A stretch of 60,185 nucleotides of DNA, counting the filler, from Nemertoderma westbladi (taxonomy: Eukaryota > Animalia > Xenacoelomorpha): the NCBI GenBank assembly GCA_032718475.1. It is 3 parts of 3 records of this genome, joined end to end, with 100 filler letters (N's around TTAATTAATTAA, not from the genome) between each part and the next. Parts side by side here need not be neighbours in the genome. Positions count along the whole stretch, not along the records: positions 45,597 to 60,185 come from JAUCBJ010008995.1; 2 more parts are not named here. One strand, 5' to 3'. Below are positions 47,716 through 60,185 of this stretch, one piece after another. The notes under the pieces were generated by a model. The model had not been told where the DNA came from. It was given only the letters and a program-made list of their open reading frames with translations, and did no database searches. The position numbers and the translations under genes are program-made. The number at the start of each line of letters is the position of its first letter. The stretch's first letter is position 1.

Positions 47716-48899
47716 GACATTTAATACTTTGCTGAACTTTTCGCATGTTATACCCGAATTTTTAGCCAGTTTTTATAGAAAATACCTACCGGTACTAATT
47801 ACAGTTCATGTAGTATATACCTACACATACACAGCGCCTCGAAATAGTGCTTAGAAAGGCGCTTTATAAATATTATTATTATTATTAATACAAAGTGATA
47901 CATTACGTAGATAAATATTAATGTTCCATTATTTTAATACAAATAATGTTATTCGATAAACTCTAATTGTGGATCTTCAACATTGTCCTGATCATAACTT
48001 CCAGACCCGTTAGCTTTTACGCTAGATTCCTCTGACACTATTTAAATAAAATTTCTCTAAAAGACTCGGAATGTGCAGCAAAGGACTCTTTGACGCATGC
48101 AGCATTACCGACCTGGATACAAACCCCTAAACGGTTTGTTATTACAACAATATTAATTGTTTTAATAGGTTAGGTTATTATTAATTATACTGGTATATTG
48201 GTTATTATATACATTATGTACACAAATAACTTACTTGGTTAATATTAAACGAAAAATGTATCGATTTTAGCTACGAAATGACATCAACGCCAATTAATGT
48301 GCTATGTTAAAACTTCACATATTTTGATTATTTGTTTCTAATTTATACCCAATTCGTTTAACATGCTTCGCAATACTCATGAAATCAATAAACGCATCAG
48401 AAAAATACCTACATAAGTTTATTTAAAAGCTAAAATTATTTCAACGTAATATGTTCCCCCCTCCCCCTCCCCTCTTCGCGTATAGTTAATGGCGCAAAAG
48501 GGTTTGAAAAATTAATTTAATTTAATTTAAAAACATTAAGGGAAGGGAGCAGGTTACCAGAGCTAGCAGGTTAGCAGATTGGCTCTGTTTTTTAACCAAA
48601 ACAATAAACAAGACCTTATTTACCTTGTGCTCAATTTGCGCTAAAGATCACTATTTTCGCTAGCGGTCAATGTGCGCCACTATCTGTGCCTATACGACGT
48701 CACATAAAAACACCAGAAATAAACGGATTTAAAAAATGTACCTAATTTTGATTTGGTAAGTTCGCACAGAGAAAGGCGCCCTTGTATGCGGTATTTCCCT
48801 TTGATCTGGCGTTAAGGGGCCCTTTTATTGTGCGGCGGTCCCTTTGTACCATAAAGGTAAAGTCCACAAGGTAAACGGCCCTCTGGTTGGGGAGGGTTT

Positions 48900-49244
48900 T
48901 GGAAGCATGTCAGTGTGGCGCAGTACCGGTACTTACCTAGGGAACCATAAAGGATTATTTACGCTCCAGTAAATCCCACCAGTCGTAACTTCATCCAATC
49001 ACAGACTTTGTAAATGCTGGCAACCTTCCCCGCTCTCACACTCCCAGGTAATATATAAGGAATACCGTCTTTAATATAAAGCCAACTCACTGGTATCCAT
49101 TACACTGCCTGTGTTGGTTCCCTACTGTGTTACTAATACACCCGTGGCGAGTTATTCAAGATTTCCTGCTCATTTAAATATTCCTGGAATTAATTCCTTA
49201 TACGTTTTATTATTATCTAAAGGAAATAACTTTTATAGCTATAG
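48900..49244 (+). promoter_or_regulatory. wls: putative wntless promoter and non-coding first exon
   Basis: CCAATCA at ~48996 and a strong donor ATAG|GTAAGT at 49244. An acceptor TTTGCAG|G at 50089 lies just upstream of the ATG. Confidence 0.4.
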
Positions 49245-50126
49245 GTAAGTAAATCTAAACATGAACATAATTTATTATCAAATATAATCAATAATCAAAA
49301 ATAATCAAATATTATCTTAGACTTTGTAAGTTTACAACATCTAGCTACTGAGTGGTAAAGGTAAAACCTAGAAGTTTCCTAGGATAATTTAATTTAATTA
49401 AATAAATAATATAGTTTGTTTATAATTTAAATAATGAATTTACTGGTAACTTTAATTGATACCGGATGGGGGCGGTGGGGAATTAACACTATTTAATATC
49501 AATTAATGGAAAGGATCAGTTACAGCGGCACGTTATTCTAATATTCGAACCAAAACAATAAACGGGCGTCTGCAATCGAACAGATTATAGTTTCATTTTT
49601 GATGCTGTTATATTTGCGTTGATTTCCCCTGGTTAAATTACTTTCGGTTAAATTACTTTCGGTATACTCTGATACTACAAACAAACATTTTTTCAATTTG
49701 CTCGCGTTATTACTTTACCTATTGTGTGTTTTTATTTTATCGTACTTTGATATCATTATGATTTGTTACACTACGACTTACAACTCACCAACACTATAAT
49801 CTCGCAATCTTTCTACTATAATATAATGTTTCTAGCAATGTATCGATTTTAAGAGTATCTTACTGTTACCTAATTTATATTATAACACCTATGAAATTAA
49901 TTTGAAGTTAAATTACGTTAAAGTTTGTTAGATGTTGCGTAATTCGATACAACAGTTGTAGCATAATAATTAAAATAATTTACACTTCAATTATTTATCT
50001 AGGCATAACTAATGTTTCATTTTATAAATAAAGATGATTCGATTTTTTGCACAATTTTGTATTTTTTTCTCATTTTTAATAGTTTGCAGGTCTACATTCT
50101 ATTGAACCCTGTAAACATACCAACGA

Positions 50127-50342
50127 ATGACAATGGGCGGGACAATCTTAGAGAACATGAGTTCTAGAAAGCTGTTGATATTTTGTGGAGTTATGGTTGC
50201 GGTCCAGGTCATTAGCTTTATTATTGGTGGTGCTGTGGCCCCGGCACCCACATCCGCGTTCACTCACCTAGCAACCAACTGTATAGATCGAAGCGACGGG
50301 ACGGTCTGGTTCGAACCACGGGGAACTAATAAATGCGAAAAA
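50127..50342 (+). CDS. wls: wntless coding exon 1
   Basis: Encodes MGGTILENMSSRKL...IGGAVAPAPT; donor AAA|gtgagt. Confidence 0.95.
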
Positions 50343-50371
50343 GTGAGTCGAAAATTAAATTTATTGATTTA

Positions 50372-50548
<177 letters not shown>

Positions 50549-50559
50549 TTATTTAATAA

Positions 50560-51105
50560 GAAATTCTCAGGCTGTAGTAAAGATGTGAAAGTCAAACTGT
50601 TCCGTTCATTCTGTACGCAGATCTACTACTGTAACTCCCTTTGGGCCAGATGTAATTATATTTTATCCATTTGCGATAGGTTCCCTGTAGGATACAATAA
50701 TATAATTAGAAGACTTTTTGGTTTCAAATACGACTGTAGCGTCTCTTACATCTGTGGTGTACTTAATTTTCCCCAACTCATCCATATCCGATACAATTCT
50801 CGTGAGTCATTGTTTCATCGAGTCAAAGAATCTGAAAATAGCCGCCTTGGTCAAGTTGTATCCCAGGAGAGACATCAAACTAGCCGAGTCGTTTGTGTGG
50901 GCTACTCAGTTAGCCTCTGATAGACCTGTATTTTTTTTTATTACCTGCATCGGGGCCCCAAACCAATTTTCCTGTCACCCTACCTTAATTCAAATTTACC
51001 GGTTTAGGTTTTACCCTTTTGTGCTGTGCAATAAATATATGTTATGTTATCAGTTTTTATCGGCTGCTCCTTTAGAACCTGGATTAAATAAATAATAATA
51101 ATAAA
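50560..51105 (+). mobile_element. LINE 3' end fragment
   Basis: VKVKLFRSFC...SLW...YNNIIRRLFG resembles an ORF2 C-terminus and is followed by a 3' UTR and an (AAT)n tail. Confidence 0.7.
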
Positions 51106-51344
51106 TATAAAAGATAGTTAGTAACACAATATATTTTATTTATTATTTGTTAATAGTACTTTCACTTTCGACACTACAGACATCACCGTCTATCGGTAGA
51201 GCTGGAGGCCCATACCTTAAGAGTTTCAGTTACGTTACGTGAATGTATTAGTGGCTGTGTATCATCATATTTGGTAGACCTACTGACGCCTTACCACACT
51301 CCTCGCCAGCTGTTCCCCGGTATCGCCTTGCAAACTATGGGAAA

Positions 51345-51634
51345 GGTTGGGTGCAATCTTTGCCCGCGTTCAATCTTCGGCCGGGGGAAACCTTCGCCCG
51401 CAAGGCAATCTTCGCCCGCGAGCAACCTTCGCCCAATAAGATTTGTGTTGGTAACCATTTTAGAGAAAGGAGCAGGTTGCAGAGACGAATTTTTCTAACC
51501 AAAACAATAAACGATGTTGCTATCAATTGAGGGAAAGGATGATGTTACAGAGACGGATTTAGTGGGCGAAGGTTGCTCGCGGGCGAAGATTGACTGCGGG
51601 CGAAGGTTTCCACCGGGTGAAGTTTGCTGCGTTC
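51345..51634. mobile_element. MITE-like foldback element
   Basis: ~50-bp inverted arms at 51388-51436 and 51564-51611, built from CTTCGCCCG units. Confidence 0.75.
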
Positions 51635-51925
51635 TGCGTACCATAGGACACGGGCATTCTCGATCGCTGCACCCATCCACCTATGACGTACGCCAACATT
51701 AAATACATTCAAGCAAGACGTCTCTCAAAACACAACTTTTTAAACAGGAATATGCCATCTAACTCATAGAGAACATATCCTTTTAACTAATTTCCGTTTT
51801 TAGCGATGTATTTGTTTTTACTAAAGTGAATTTTTTTTTATATCTTTTATAGCTACGGAGGCTCTTTGTCATCAATTGTGAATAAATAAATAAATAAAGT
51901 TATTTAACTGGATTATTTACTTTAG

Positions 51926-52226
51926 CTCGAGGATTGGAGTGACGCCGAGCAACAAGGCCTCCACGAGGACGACTTTGTGTTCTCCATAATGACTCCCCAT
52001 CCTCCTTACAAACACTCCCGGTGGTTCCAGTACATCCTCGGGGTCCTAGACATCACCATCGTCTACCATCCCGATATACCCTACGTAGACGAGTCCACGC
52101 TCACCCTCAATGTCTCCATGGCCTACAAGAACGAAGGCGACCAGGAGTGGACTGAGTTTGCGAGAGGTGTCACTCATCGTGTGTTGTACTGCCAGCTGAA
52201 TCACGAGATGCTCCCCGCTAATATCG
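51926..52226 (+). CDS. wls: wntless coding exon 2
   Basis: tttag|CTC...ATC G|gtgagt; contains SRWFQYILGVL. Confidence 0.93.
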
Positions 52227-52606
52227 GTGAGTTGTACGATTTAATTTAAATACGTTAAATATTTAATTCATCACGTTTAATGTAATCAAGTAGTAGTGGC
52301 TTTGCGCAGACAGACATACTTAACATACATTTATGGGGGGGGGGGGGGGGGGGGGGGAGAGACTGGACGCAAATGCCATCTCTGTGAATTAAATGTTAAA
52401 TTATTAATTATGGGAAAGGAGCAGGTTGCAGGGGCACGTAATTCTAACCAAAACAATAAACTAAAGCCAAATAAAAGGGTGCAGTTTTATACGTAATTTG
52501 TAGTTTGATTAGAGAAGCTACAATTCATAAAATATAAATATTTGATTTTTTTTAATGCCTAGTCAACTTTATACAGGTGTTTTATCATCTCTTTTGTATT
52601 TCTCAG

Positions 52607-52788
52607 GCCGCGAGTACGATTGTGAACTTCTACCGTTCGTTGAGTTGGGATCCTGTTACTATGACTACTACCTGATAAACATCCGTCTACCAACCTCGGA
52701 TACTGACGGAGTAGAACTCAATAGAGACATAGGTAGAGTGACTGAGATTAATATAGTCGAGATAATACAGAATGGTGGATTCTCATTG
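52607..52788 (+). CDS. wls: wntless coding exon 3
   Basis: tctcag|GC...TTG|gttagt; encodes YDCELLPFVELGS...YLINIRLP...IQNGGFS. Confidence 0.95.
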
Positions 52789-52884
52789 GTTAGTTCGTTT
52801 ACTGGATAATTCAACGGCGGTTCTAATAAGTTATCATATTATATCGCCGGGTGAAATGCGAAAACTTTATTGCGGTCTAGAATA

Positions 52885-53055
52885 CAGGACACAGATAAAT
52901 AGAAATGATAAAGTTATTTATTGCACTGACAGGACACAGACAAATAGAAATGATAAAGTTATTTATTGCACTGACAGGACACAGACAAATAGAAATGATA
53001 AAGTTATTTATTGCACTGACAGGACACAGACAAATAGAAATGATAAAGTTATTTG
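52885..53055. repeat. 45-bp tandem repeat (~3.8 copies)
   Basis: Unit CAGGACACAGACAAATAGAAATGATAAAGTTATTTATTGCACTGA, with starts at 52885, 52930, 52975 and 53020. Confidence 0.92.
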
Positions 53056-53339
53056 AACTCTCTAGTCAAAATCGAGATTTTTCCAGGATCAAAATTGGTA
53101 AATTATGACAAATTCATTTTTGTAGAAGCTTTATATTCGAACGTTATATGATGGGAGCATTATACATCGTGTACACTGGGTAGGTGCCACTTTAAACAGA
53201 GCCGTCGCCGCTCTACTTCCTTTCCCCGTGAGGACCAGCCTGTGCACAATCTAGTAAGACTTTGGCAGCCCCATGTAAAATAAGCATTGGTTTGAATTTC
53301 TTGAGACGCATCTTTTTAAAGGACACTGTCATTAAAGAT

Positions 53340-55364
53340 CAGTGCCGGATTAAGCCTCTGGTGGCCCTAAGGCACATTTTAGTAATTTCCAAAAATGGCC
53401 CGAAAATTAAATATTTTTCCGCAAACTCTTTCAAAAGAAAAAGCTGCTAAAGACAACTGAAATTGTCAAAATGTTGCGAAGGAAATATAAAGTATTTTCG
53501 TTGGATGACTCGTTGCCAATAAGTACCAATTACTTTAATAATAAGTACTTTGCAAAAATAGTTTTCATCAAGAATAGTAACATTACGAAACGGCATATTA
53601 TGCCTATAAAACCATTGCTATAAAAAGTGTGATGGTTTTGGTAGAATTTCTCAAGCTTTAATTTTTAATATATTAATGGGACCATTACCCCGAATCTATT
53701 TGTTTTATTTATAAAGCTACTATTCTGAAACTTTAACACAATGATCTGTGATCTTTTATATACTATGAAAACTGAGTATAGATAGCTTCATAAACCGTTT
53801 GTTCGAAAAATATGGCACTTTTTGAGCAGGTCGGTTTTTTTTCAAAAATTATATAAATTTTGAGGCATTTATATGTAAATTAGCTCATCTTTGAGGATCT
53901 TTAATACCACCTGCATTAAAGTTCTTGGTCCAAAACTTTGTTAAAATGGACCTAGATATGAAGGCTACCTTTTATGAAAGTTTTAGCACAAAATTATTGT
54001 TATTGAAAAATTGATGGGGGTTTTAGTATGTCCAGGCTATATTTTGGGAATCAAATATTTTGGATAGACAAAGTGTAGTAGGGTACAAAATCGGTTCTAG
54101 AAGATCCCAACGATAGTATTCCTAAAGCTGCTGAACATTTTGGTATATGTTTGATGGCAATTGAGTAAAAAATAAAATACAGTAGTACATAGTAGGGAAT
54201 TTAGTGATGATAAAAGTCAAAATCGACAAACTGATAAAAAGGTTGTTTTATACAGAAAGTCATAAATATCAGCAATATATTATGTTGTTGAAAAGAGCAG
54301 TTTTGAGGTCAAAAAATAATTCAATGTTGAAAACCGATATCACCTCATGAAAGCCCTTCTATTAAACAACAAAAAATTGTGTAAATTGTCGAAAATTTCA
54401 TTTCTGTAGGGGTTATATAGCAGTTGGCCCCTTTAAGGCTGATGGCCCCTTTAGGCATTTAGCAATTTTGATCGGATCGCGGGAATGTGTTATTTATTTG
54501 CTGTAGGTTTCGCAGGATAGGCCTAATTATCTTTACAGGACTTGCTGAGAAATATAGCACACCAAAAGTGTGGGCTTAGTGCAAAGATCTAATATTTCTG
54601 ATCTAGATTTGGACTTGCTGAGAAAGTAATGTTCTTCGATAAGAGAACTGACTTGGAAATAAGCAGTTTTTGTCACTAATTTAAATTTACCCAAATTAAA
54701 TTATGCTGTCCGAGAGTTTTACAGTAGGTTTTGCAGGAATTGAACCTAAAATGCCATCGAATGCAAAATTCAATACACGAGGGTAGAACATCTGAATTTC
54801 GGTTAAATTAAATTACAGTAGTGACAAGAAGTTATTTCTGACACGTTTTTTTTTATCAACAACTATTTTATCTACAACTAATTTATACTTTTTTTTTATC
54901 TATTAGGACCTACATGTATTTATAAAACTCGTTTCCGGTAAAAAAAAAAATTTCGCACTACCATATCTCCACGCAATACATTTACTATGTACAGTATTCC
55001 AGTATGTCACCACGTCATTATTTGGTTGTTCTAGAAAGTTTAAGAGCATAACTACAATTAATTCCCAACAAATAAATAAAATTAAATTCTCCACTGTTCA
55101 TAATTAGCTCTTTAAAGTTTTACTGCCCATGTTTTATTATTTCCCTGCCATCAGGTCTCGAACTAATAACACAGCACCTGTCGGTTAATTGTCTGAGCTA
55201 GAATTTTCTATCACAAATTTCTACAAATTTTAGTGAGAAAAAATGTGGACTTTTCAGATAAAAATATTTTTTTCACAGGAATGACTCGCTGAGAAAAAAT
55301 GGCCCGTATTTTCGGCTGGCCCTAAGGTACGTGCCTTATATGCCTTAAGGTTAATCCGGCACTG
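53340..55364. mobile_element. non-autonomous hAT DNA transposon (2025 bp)
   Basis: 14-bp TIRs CAGTGCCGGATTAA/TTAATCCGGCACTG and a perfect 8-bp TSD TTAAAGAT (53332-53339, 55365-55372). No transposase ORF. Confidence 0.9.
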
Positions 55365-55490
55365 TTAAAGATTCGGATAATCTCGCGAAAGTCATGGGGG
55401 ATATGGAGTTGTGGCCGTGCAATTTTGTCTATACGCTGGATTTAAGGTTTATGGTTTGTAATAAAGATGGTGTTTTTCCCTATATTTCAG

Positions 55491-55707
55491 GTTTGGTTTG
55501 TAATAAAGACAGTGTTTTTCCCCTGCGTTCTGGTCTTCGTCATCTGGTATTGGCGGCGCATATCGGCGGAGAAACGAACCCCCCATCTCCTCGAGTTGCT
55601 CACTATGATTCTTGGTTGTATCATGTTGGTTCTGGACTTCCCAATTGACTGGATCAGCCTCTACGTTAATGTCCCGTTTATGTTACTGCTAACTGATCTC
55701 CGACAAG
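55491..55707 (+). CDS. wls: wntless coding exon 4
   Basis: tttcag|GTT TGG...CAA G|gtaaca; encodes VWFVIKTVF...WYWRRI...LLLTDLRQG. Confidence 0.95.
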
Positions 55708-55877
55708 GTAACAAAACAATGTCCTATGAGCTTCAGTAATTTTTTAAGAAATTTTTTTTTCAATTGAAAAAACTACTTTTTACCCCACTACACAACTTAA
55801 TGACAAATATATTATAATTTAATAATCATTTGAATTATTAAATTAGTTATTATTATGTTTAATTATTGAATTATTAA

Positions 55878-58372
55878 AGATTTGGACATCAATTATATTT
55901 ATCTCATTGTCTTTGTAAGTTACGATGTCCGGCGACCAATTTCCTTCGGGTGTTGGAATTATGAGAGCTTGAATCACCTTGTACCCTTTATAGCGTAGCT
56001 GCCCAACCAGGAGCTTCTCTACCCTTCCATGGCGCCTGTTCCGTTCGTGACCTGAACTAGGTCATACCTGAAGTATGTGCCCCAGGGTTTCCTTCTGTCC
56101 GCAGGCATCGCATGCCATTGAATGGCTCATCCTCGACTCGCCCCTAGAGTTTCGTTACTCTGTATGGGCGAGACCCGCTCTTATTTTAATCATACCTATC
56201 CACTCATTGGATGGTATCCAGCTTGGGGGGATCTGCTACCCATTTTTGAGTTTCAGGGCAGTTTATAGCCTCATTTAGTCCAGAACCGTCTACACTGTTG
56301 TAAAGGCGATTTCGCCACAACTCATGTACAGCTTCTTTATTCGCAAGCTGAAGGCCATCTGTAGTCAGCCTTTTCCGTGCAGCTCCAAGGGTACCTTGGA
56401 ACAACTTAGACTCTGATGAAACCCACCTCATCGGCTGATCAGAGTTTTCGCCAATGTTGTTGGTAATAAGCCTTGTTAGGCGTCCCACCATTACCAAGGG
56501 GACCTGTATCAATAATGATGGGATTCCCAGTCCCCTGTCTTTACAATGAGCATGGAAATAGCCCACACGCGTGTCTTTAGGCAACTTGAGCCAACCTCTT
56601 ATGGCAGTATCGCATCGCTTTGTCTACACTTCTCAGCATACCCTTTGAAGGGCAGGCCAGCACAGTCTGGTGGTACACCGCTGGTATGATATTCGTCTTC
56701 AAGATAGCCAGACGATAGCGTTTCCTGTAGACCCATTGCAAGGATCAGCTGCCTGTTAGCTTTCAGATATGGTCTCGGGTCGACAACCCACTAACCGCGA
56801 AACACTATCGAACGCCTTGGAGACATCAATGAATGCCAGACATAGCTGGGAGGGGGTCGTGACTGTATGATTTAACATTCTTCGTAGTAGCCATATAGTG
56901 TCACGACACCCATTTCCCTTCATGAAACCCTTTAGCCGCTGTCCTATGGAGATGGACGATTCAAACCGCTTCCCCATTATTCGGCGGAGCAGCCTAATTA
57001 CTAGGCTACTCATCGTAATAGGTCGGTGCTGGTCTGCTAATACCGGCACTTCTTTCTTTGGAATAAGAACCGTAACACCTTGTAATATTGGGGGTTGATT
57101 CCGAGTTAACAGCCATGTATTGAAGTGGGCAGCCAGTATGTCTGCTGGCATCTTCCTCAGTCTCGATAGATTAATACCATCAAGACCTGGACTCGACTCA
57201 TTGAGGGCCCTCACCTCAGACTTGATTTCCTTCGATTCTATCTGAGATATAAGCTCCCAGTGGATTTCGTTTGGTGGTTTTATCACCCTATGGTCCGGTG
57301 CGCTGGTGGTTCCAAATTTGGCCTGCCAATATGGCTCTACTGCATCCAGTGTCATTGGCTTTATGTCCTTCATCCAAGTCCCTTTGAGTATTGTTTCCAC
57401 GCATCGCTTCCGGATACGCTTAAGAAGGGACTGCACTCTGTGGTAATAGTACCTTCTTGTAACCTTATTAGGTGCACATCAGGTGGTGGAAGGCTACGGC
57501 GTATGGTTAGGCTGCTTCTGACCGGCTCATAAGGTTTTACAAAGTCATCAAAAGATTTATCAATTAAATATTTGGTTGCTTCTGATGGCTCAGCATAGTC
57601 CACAATTGCTGCTCGCACCATGGGGTGGTCCCTCATTGTCGACCTTTCGAAGAAGGACTTATGCCACCCCACCCATTCTGGGTCCGCCACTTCATCAATG
57701 CTTTCTTCTGATCCCCAGTTCTCTGCTGTATTAAACAGTTGTTTCGGTTCTACAATGGGGACAGTTGGTTGTTGGGTTTGGACAACCAACGAGTGAGTTT
57801 GGGGTGAGTTTGGAGGACTATCCATTCTAAGATGGTCCGTTTCCATCTCTTAATGCTCGAAAATTGGTAATCGATATTCTAGGTGATCCAGTACATCTCG
57901 TGGGGGGCCCAGCAGAGGATAGGCTTTTTCCTTATACTTTTCGTAAATACCCACGTAGGGCAACAGATCTCGCTTCCGACTATCGAGGCCGGTCCGTAGA
58001 GTGACCACTTCACAGTTGCAATGTCCTTTATAACGTGTCTGCTTACTGCAGAAAACTTTTTCCTGGCTAAGGATACCAGTCCCTCAGCTTTGGAATATAC
58101 TTCGTGATTTCGTTTGCTTTCTTTAAGTGTTTTATTTCGTATGCAAGTCAGGATATCACCCAAACTTAAAAATCCGCATGCGCTCTCCTGATATCCGATT
58201 CAGTGTATGCGTTAGCCCTATGGCGGCCCGAGGGCTCCCAAAGGTCTATACCCCACGGGTGGACAACCCAGGAGATTGTCCAGACCCCGCGTACACCTAG
58301 CAAATGTCAATGTGATTGTTTTCCAGAACACCTTTTCCAGTTTGCTTTTCCAGCAAACTAGTCGACTAACAC
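55878..58372 (-). mobile_element. decayed R2-like (RLE-type) non-LTR retrotransposon
   Basis: Motifs SSPGLDG, HRPITMSS, LAFIDVSKAFDSVS, LPKDTRVGYFHA..DRGLGIPSL, a frameshifted CDAC...H knuckle, and endonuclease start IPTPEGNWSPDIV...IIDVQI. The RT core and the 3' end are missing. Confidence 0.85.
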
Positions 58373-58595
58373 ATCAATGATAAAATTTGCCAGTGGGGCA
58401 AATCCACGCAAAATCCACATAAAATGATATCAAATTTATCATTTTGACCGTTGAAAAAGTGCTTGAGTGTATTGAAAATGACTACTTTTATTCACGACTT
58501 GAATGACAGTCAAGAAATATCTGCTTTTTATTTTATTGTTTACACCTCCACCTACTACATGACTTCCCGCTATATAGTTTTCTTACTCCCAACAG

Positions 58596-58891
58596 GTCTG
58601 TTTTACGTGACACTTCTAACCTATTGGACTATATTTGTTGGGGAACACCAGATGGAAGAAGTGAGCCGTAACCGGACAATGCGAACCTACTGGCGACAGA
58701 TCGTCCCCGTCGCCGTTGGCTGCCTCGCTCTCTTCGCCTTCGATATGTGCGAACGGGGCGTCCAGCTCAACAACCCCTTCTACAGTATTTGGGGTTCCCG
58801 CACCGGTGCTAACTTTGCGTTATGCTTTATTATCGTAGCGGCTATCTGCGCAGCCCTTTATTTCGTCTACCTGGCCTACATGATATTCAAG
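58596..58891 (+). CDS. wls: wntless coding exon 5
   Basis: caacag|GT...AAG|gttggt; encodes YWTIFVGEH...FDMCERGVQLNNPFYSIW. Confidence 0.96.
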
Positions 58892-59150
58892 GTTGGTACT
58901 GCCTTACCTCAAATTTACCATTTAAGTTGAAATGAATGCTATAATTTGTTAAGATTATTAAGAATATTCTTGTCAGTTCACCACCATAGGTGATCTTGTG
59001 GCATGGAAGCCCAGGTTTACTTTAACACCACTGGACCAAAAGGCTGCATAAGTTGGATTAAGCTAATAAAACGTTATTATATTTTACTAATTAACTAATT
59101 TGCGAACTAAATAAAACTAACTATCAAATTATAATAAATGATTGTTTCAG

Positions 59151-59357
59151 GTATTCCGGAATATCAGCAGTAAACGGGGTCTCATTACCTACAACATGAG
59201 TATATCGAAGAAAGCTTACTACGAAGGGATGATTTATCGATTCCGTTTCCTACTGGGTTATACAGCTGTTTGCGCCGCGCTAACTATCACATTGTTTATT
59301 ATCTCTCGAATCAACGAAGGCGGTCGTTATTACTGGGGCGAGGAACATTTAGTGCAG
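59151..59357 (+). CDS. wls: wntless coding exon 6
   Basis: tttcag|GTA...CAG|gtgaga; contains VFRNISSK and YEGMIYRFRFL. Confidence 0.96.
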
Positions 59358-59749
59358 GTGAGAACAAAATTACAGAAGTAATCCATTACCTTTTTAGAAG
59401 TTTATTAGAAGTTATTATTAGTTATTATTATTATCAGTTTATTACTTATTAGAAGTTATCCAATTTATTATTAATTATAATTAATTATTATTAATTTATT
59501 CATTCTATTCTATTTTATTTTGTACCCTTAACTTCCGCACATTACATTATGTCTTTCCGGCAACTTTTGTATTATGTTATTTTGGGCCTACGAATATTTT
59601 TTACTTCTTTCTAATTATAGTAATATTTAATACAGTTAATTTTGAAAAAGAAAATAAATATGGTTCCGACTATAATTGAAATACAAATCACCTGAGTAAT
59701 ACAAAATATTACATTAATGTACTCCACCCACCCCCCCCCCCCTCCCCAG

Positions 59750-60022
59750 GTTGATTCCGCGTTCTTTACTGGCGTCTACGGTGTCTGGAACACCTACGTC
59801 ATACTAATCCTATTCCTCTACGCGCCCTCCCATAAACGTCTACCAATCACAACGCGCGACGACGGTGCTGCCTCCCGATTGGCTGATACAGTGAGCGCTG
59901 CTGTAGACGAGGATGACAGCATAGAAGTGGAGAACTTTCGGGCTACCATAGAACCGCTAACCAGTGAGACACAACATCCGAGCGTTGTGTTCCATCTCGC
60001 TTCCAAGACTTCTATAGAGTAG
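59750..60022 (+). CDS. wls: wntless coding exon 7 (terminal)
   Basis: ccccag|GTT; encodes [14 protein letters not shown]...LYAPSHK...KTSIE*. The seven exons total 1692 nt (563 aa plus stop) with consistent phases. Confidence 0.96.
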   Translation, partial: VDSAFFTGVYGVWNTYVILILFLYAPSHKRLPITTRDDGAASRLADTVSAAVDEDDSIEVENFRATIEPLTSETQHPSVVFHLASKTSIE

Positions 60023-60185
60023 ACGATTTGATCAACATTATAAGCACAAACTGTTGCAATGTAAACCTATACCGGTAACTCTATTGACAAATTTATTGTT
60101 TTTGTTAATAATATTCGTGCCATAGGCTATTAAAAACTTTAATTGGGCCTATAGTTCCAATTATTGGTACTGCATTGCTCTGCAT

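Overview
AT-rich invertebrate animal genomic DNA in three segments. The segments are joined by identical artificial spacers (44N-TTAATTAATTAA-44N at 25077-25176 and 45497-45596), so their adjacency is unproven. Segment 1 holds most of a minus-strand four-zinc-finger muscleblind (MBNL) gene; the ZnF1 exon is not visible. Its introns carry minisatellites, a Harbinger-type MITE and LINE remnants. Segment 2 holds a young, apparently intact Gypsy-like LTR retrotransposon (340-bp LTRs with CG..CG ends and a 3-bp TTA TSD), the last exon of a class A GPCR, a calmodulin-like EF-hand exon missed by the ORF track, and a PLAT-domain terminal exon. Segment 3 holds a fibrinogen-domain pseudogene and a complete wntless gene (7 coding exons, 563 aa) whose introns carry a hAT element and a decayed R2-like retroelement. 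The top finding is a 75-nt MBNL cassette exon resembling vertebrate MBNL1 exon 5 (the NLS exon), preceded by a ~200-nt AG-free, YGCY-rich intron end. Two more such acceptors lie downstream, suggesting an ancient splicing autoregulation circuit. All calls were made by eye; no searches were run, and comparisons to known sequences are from memory.
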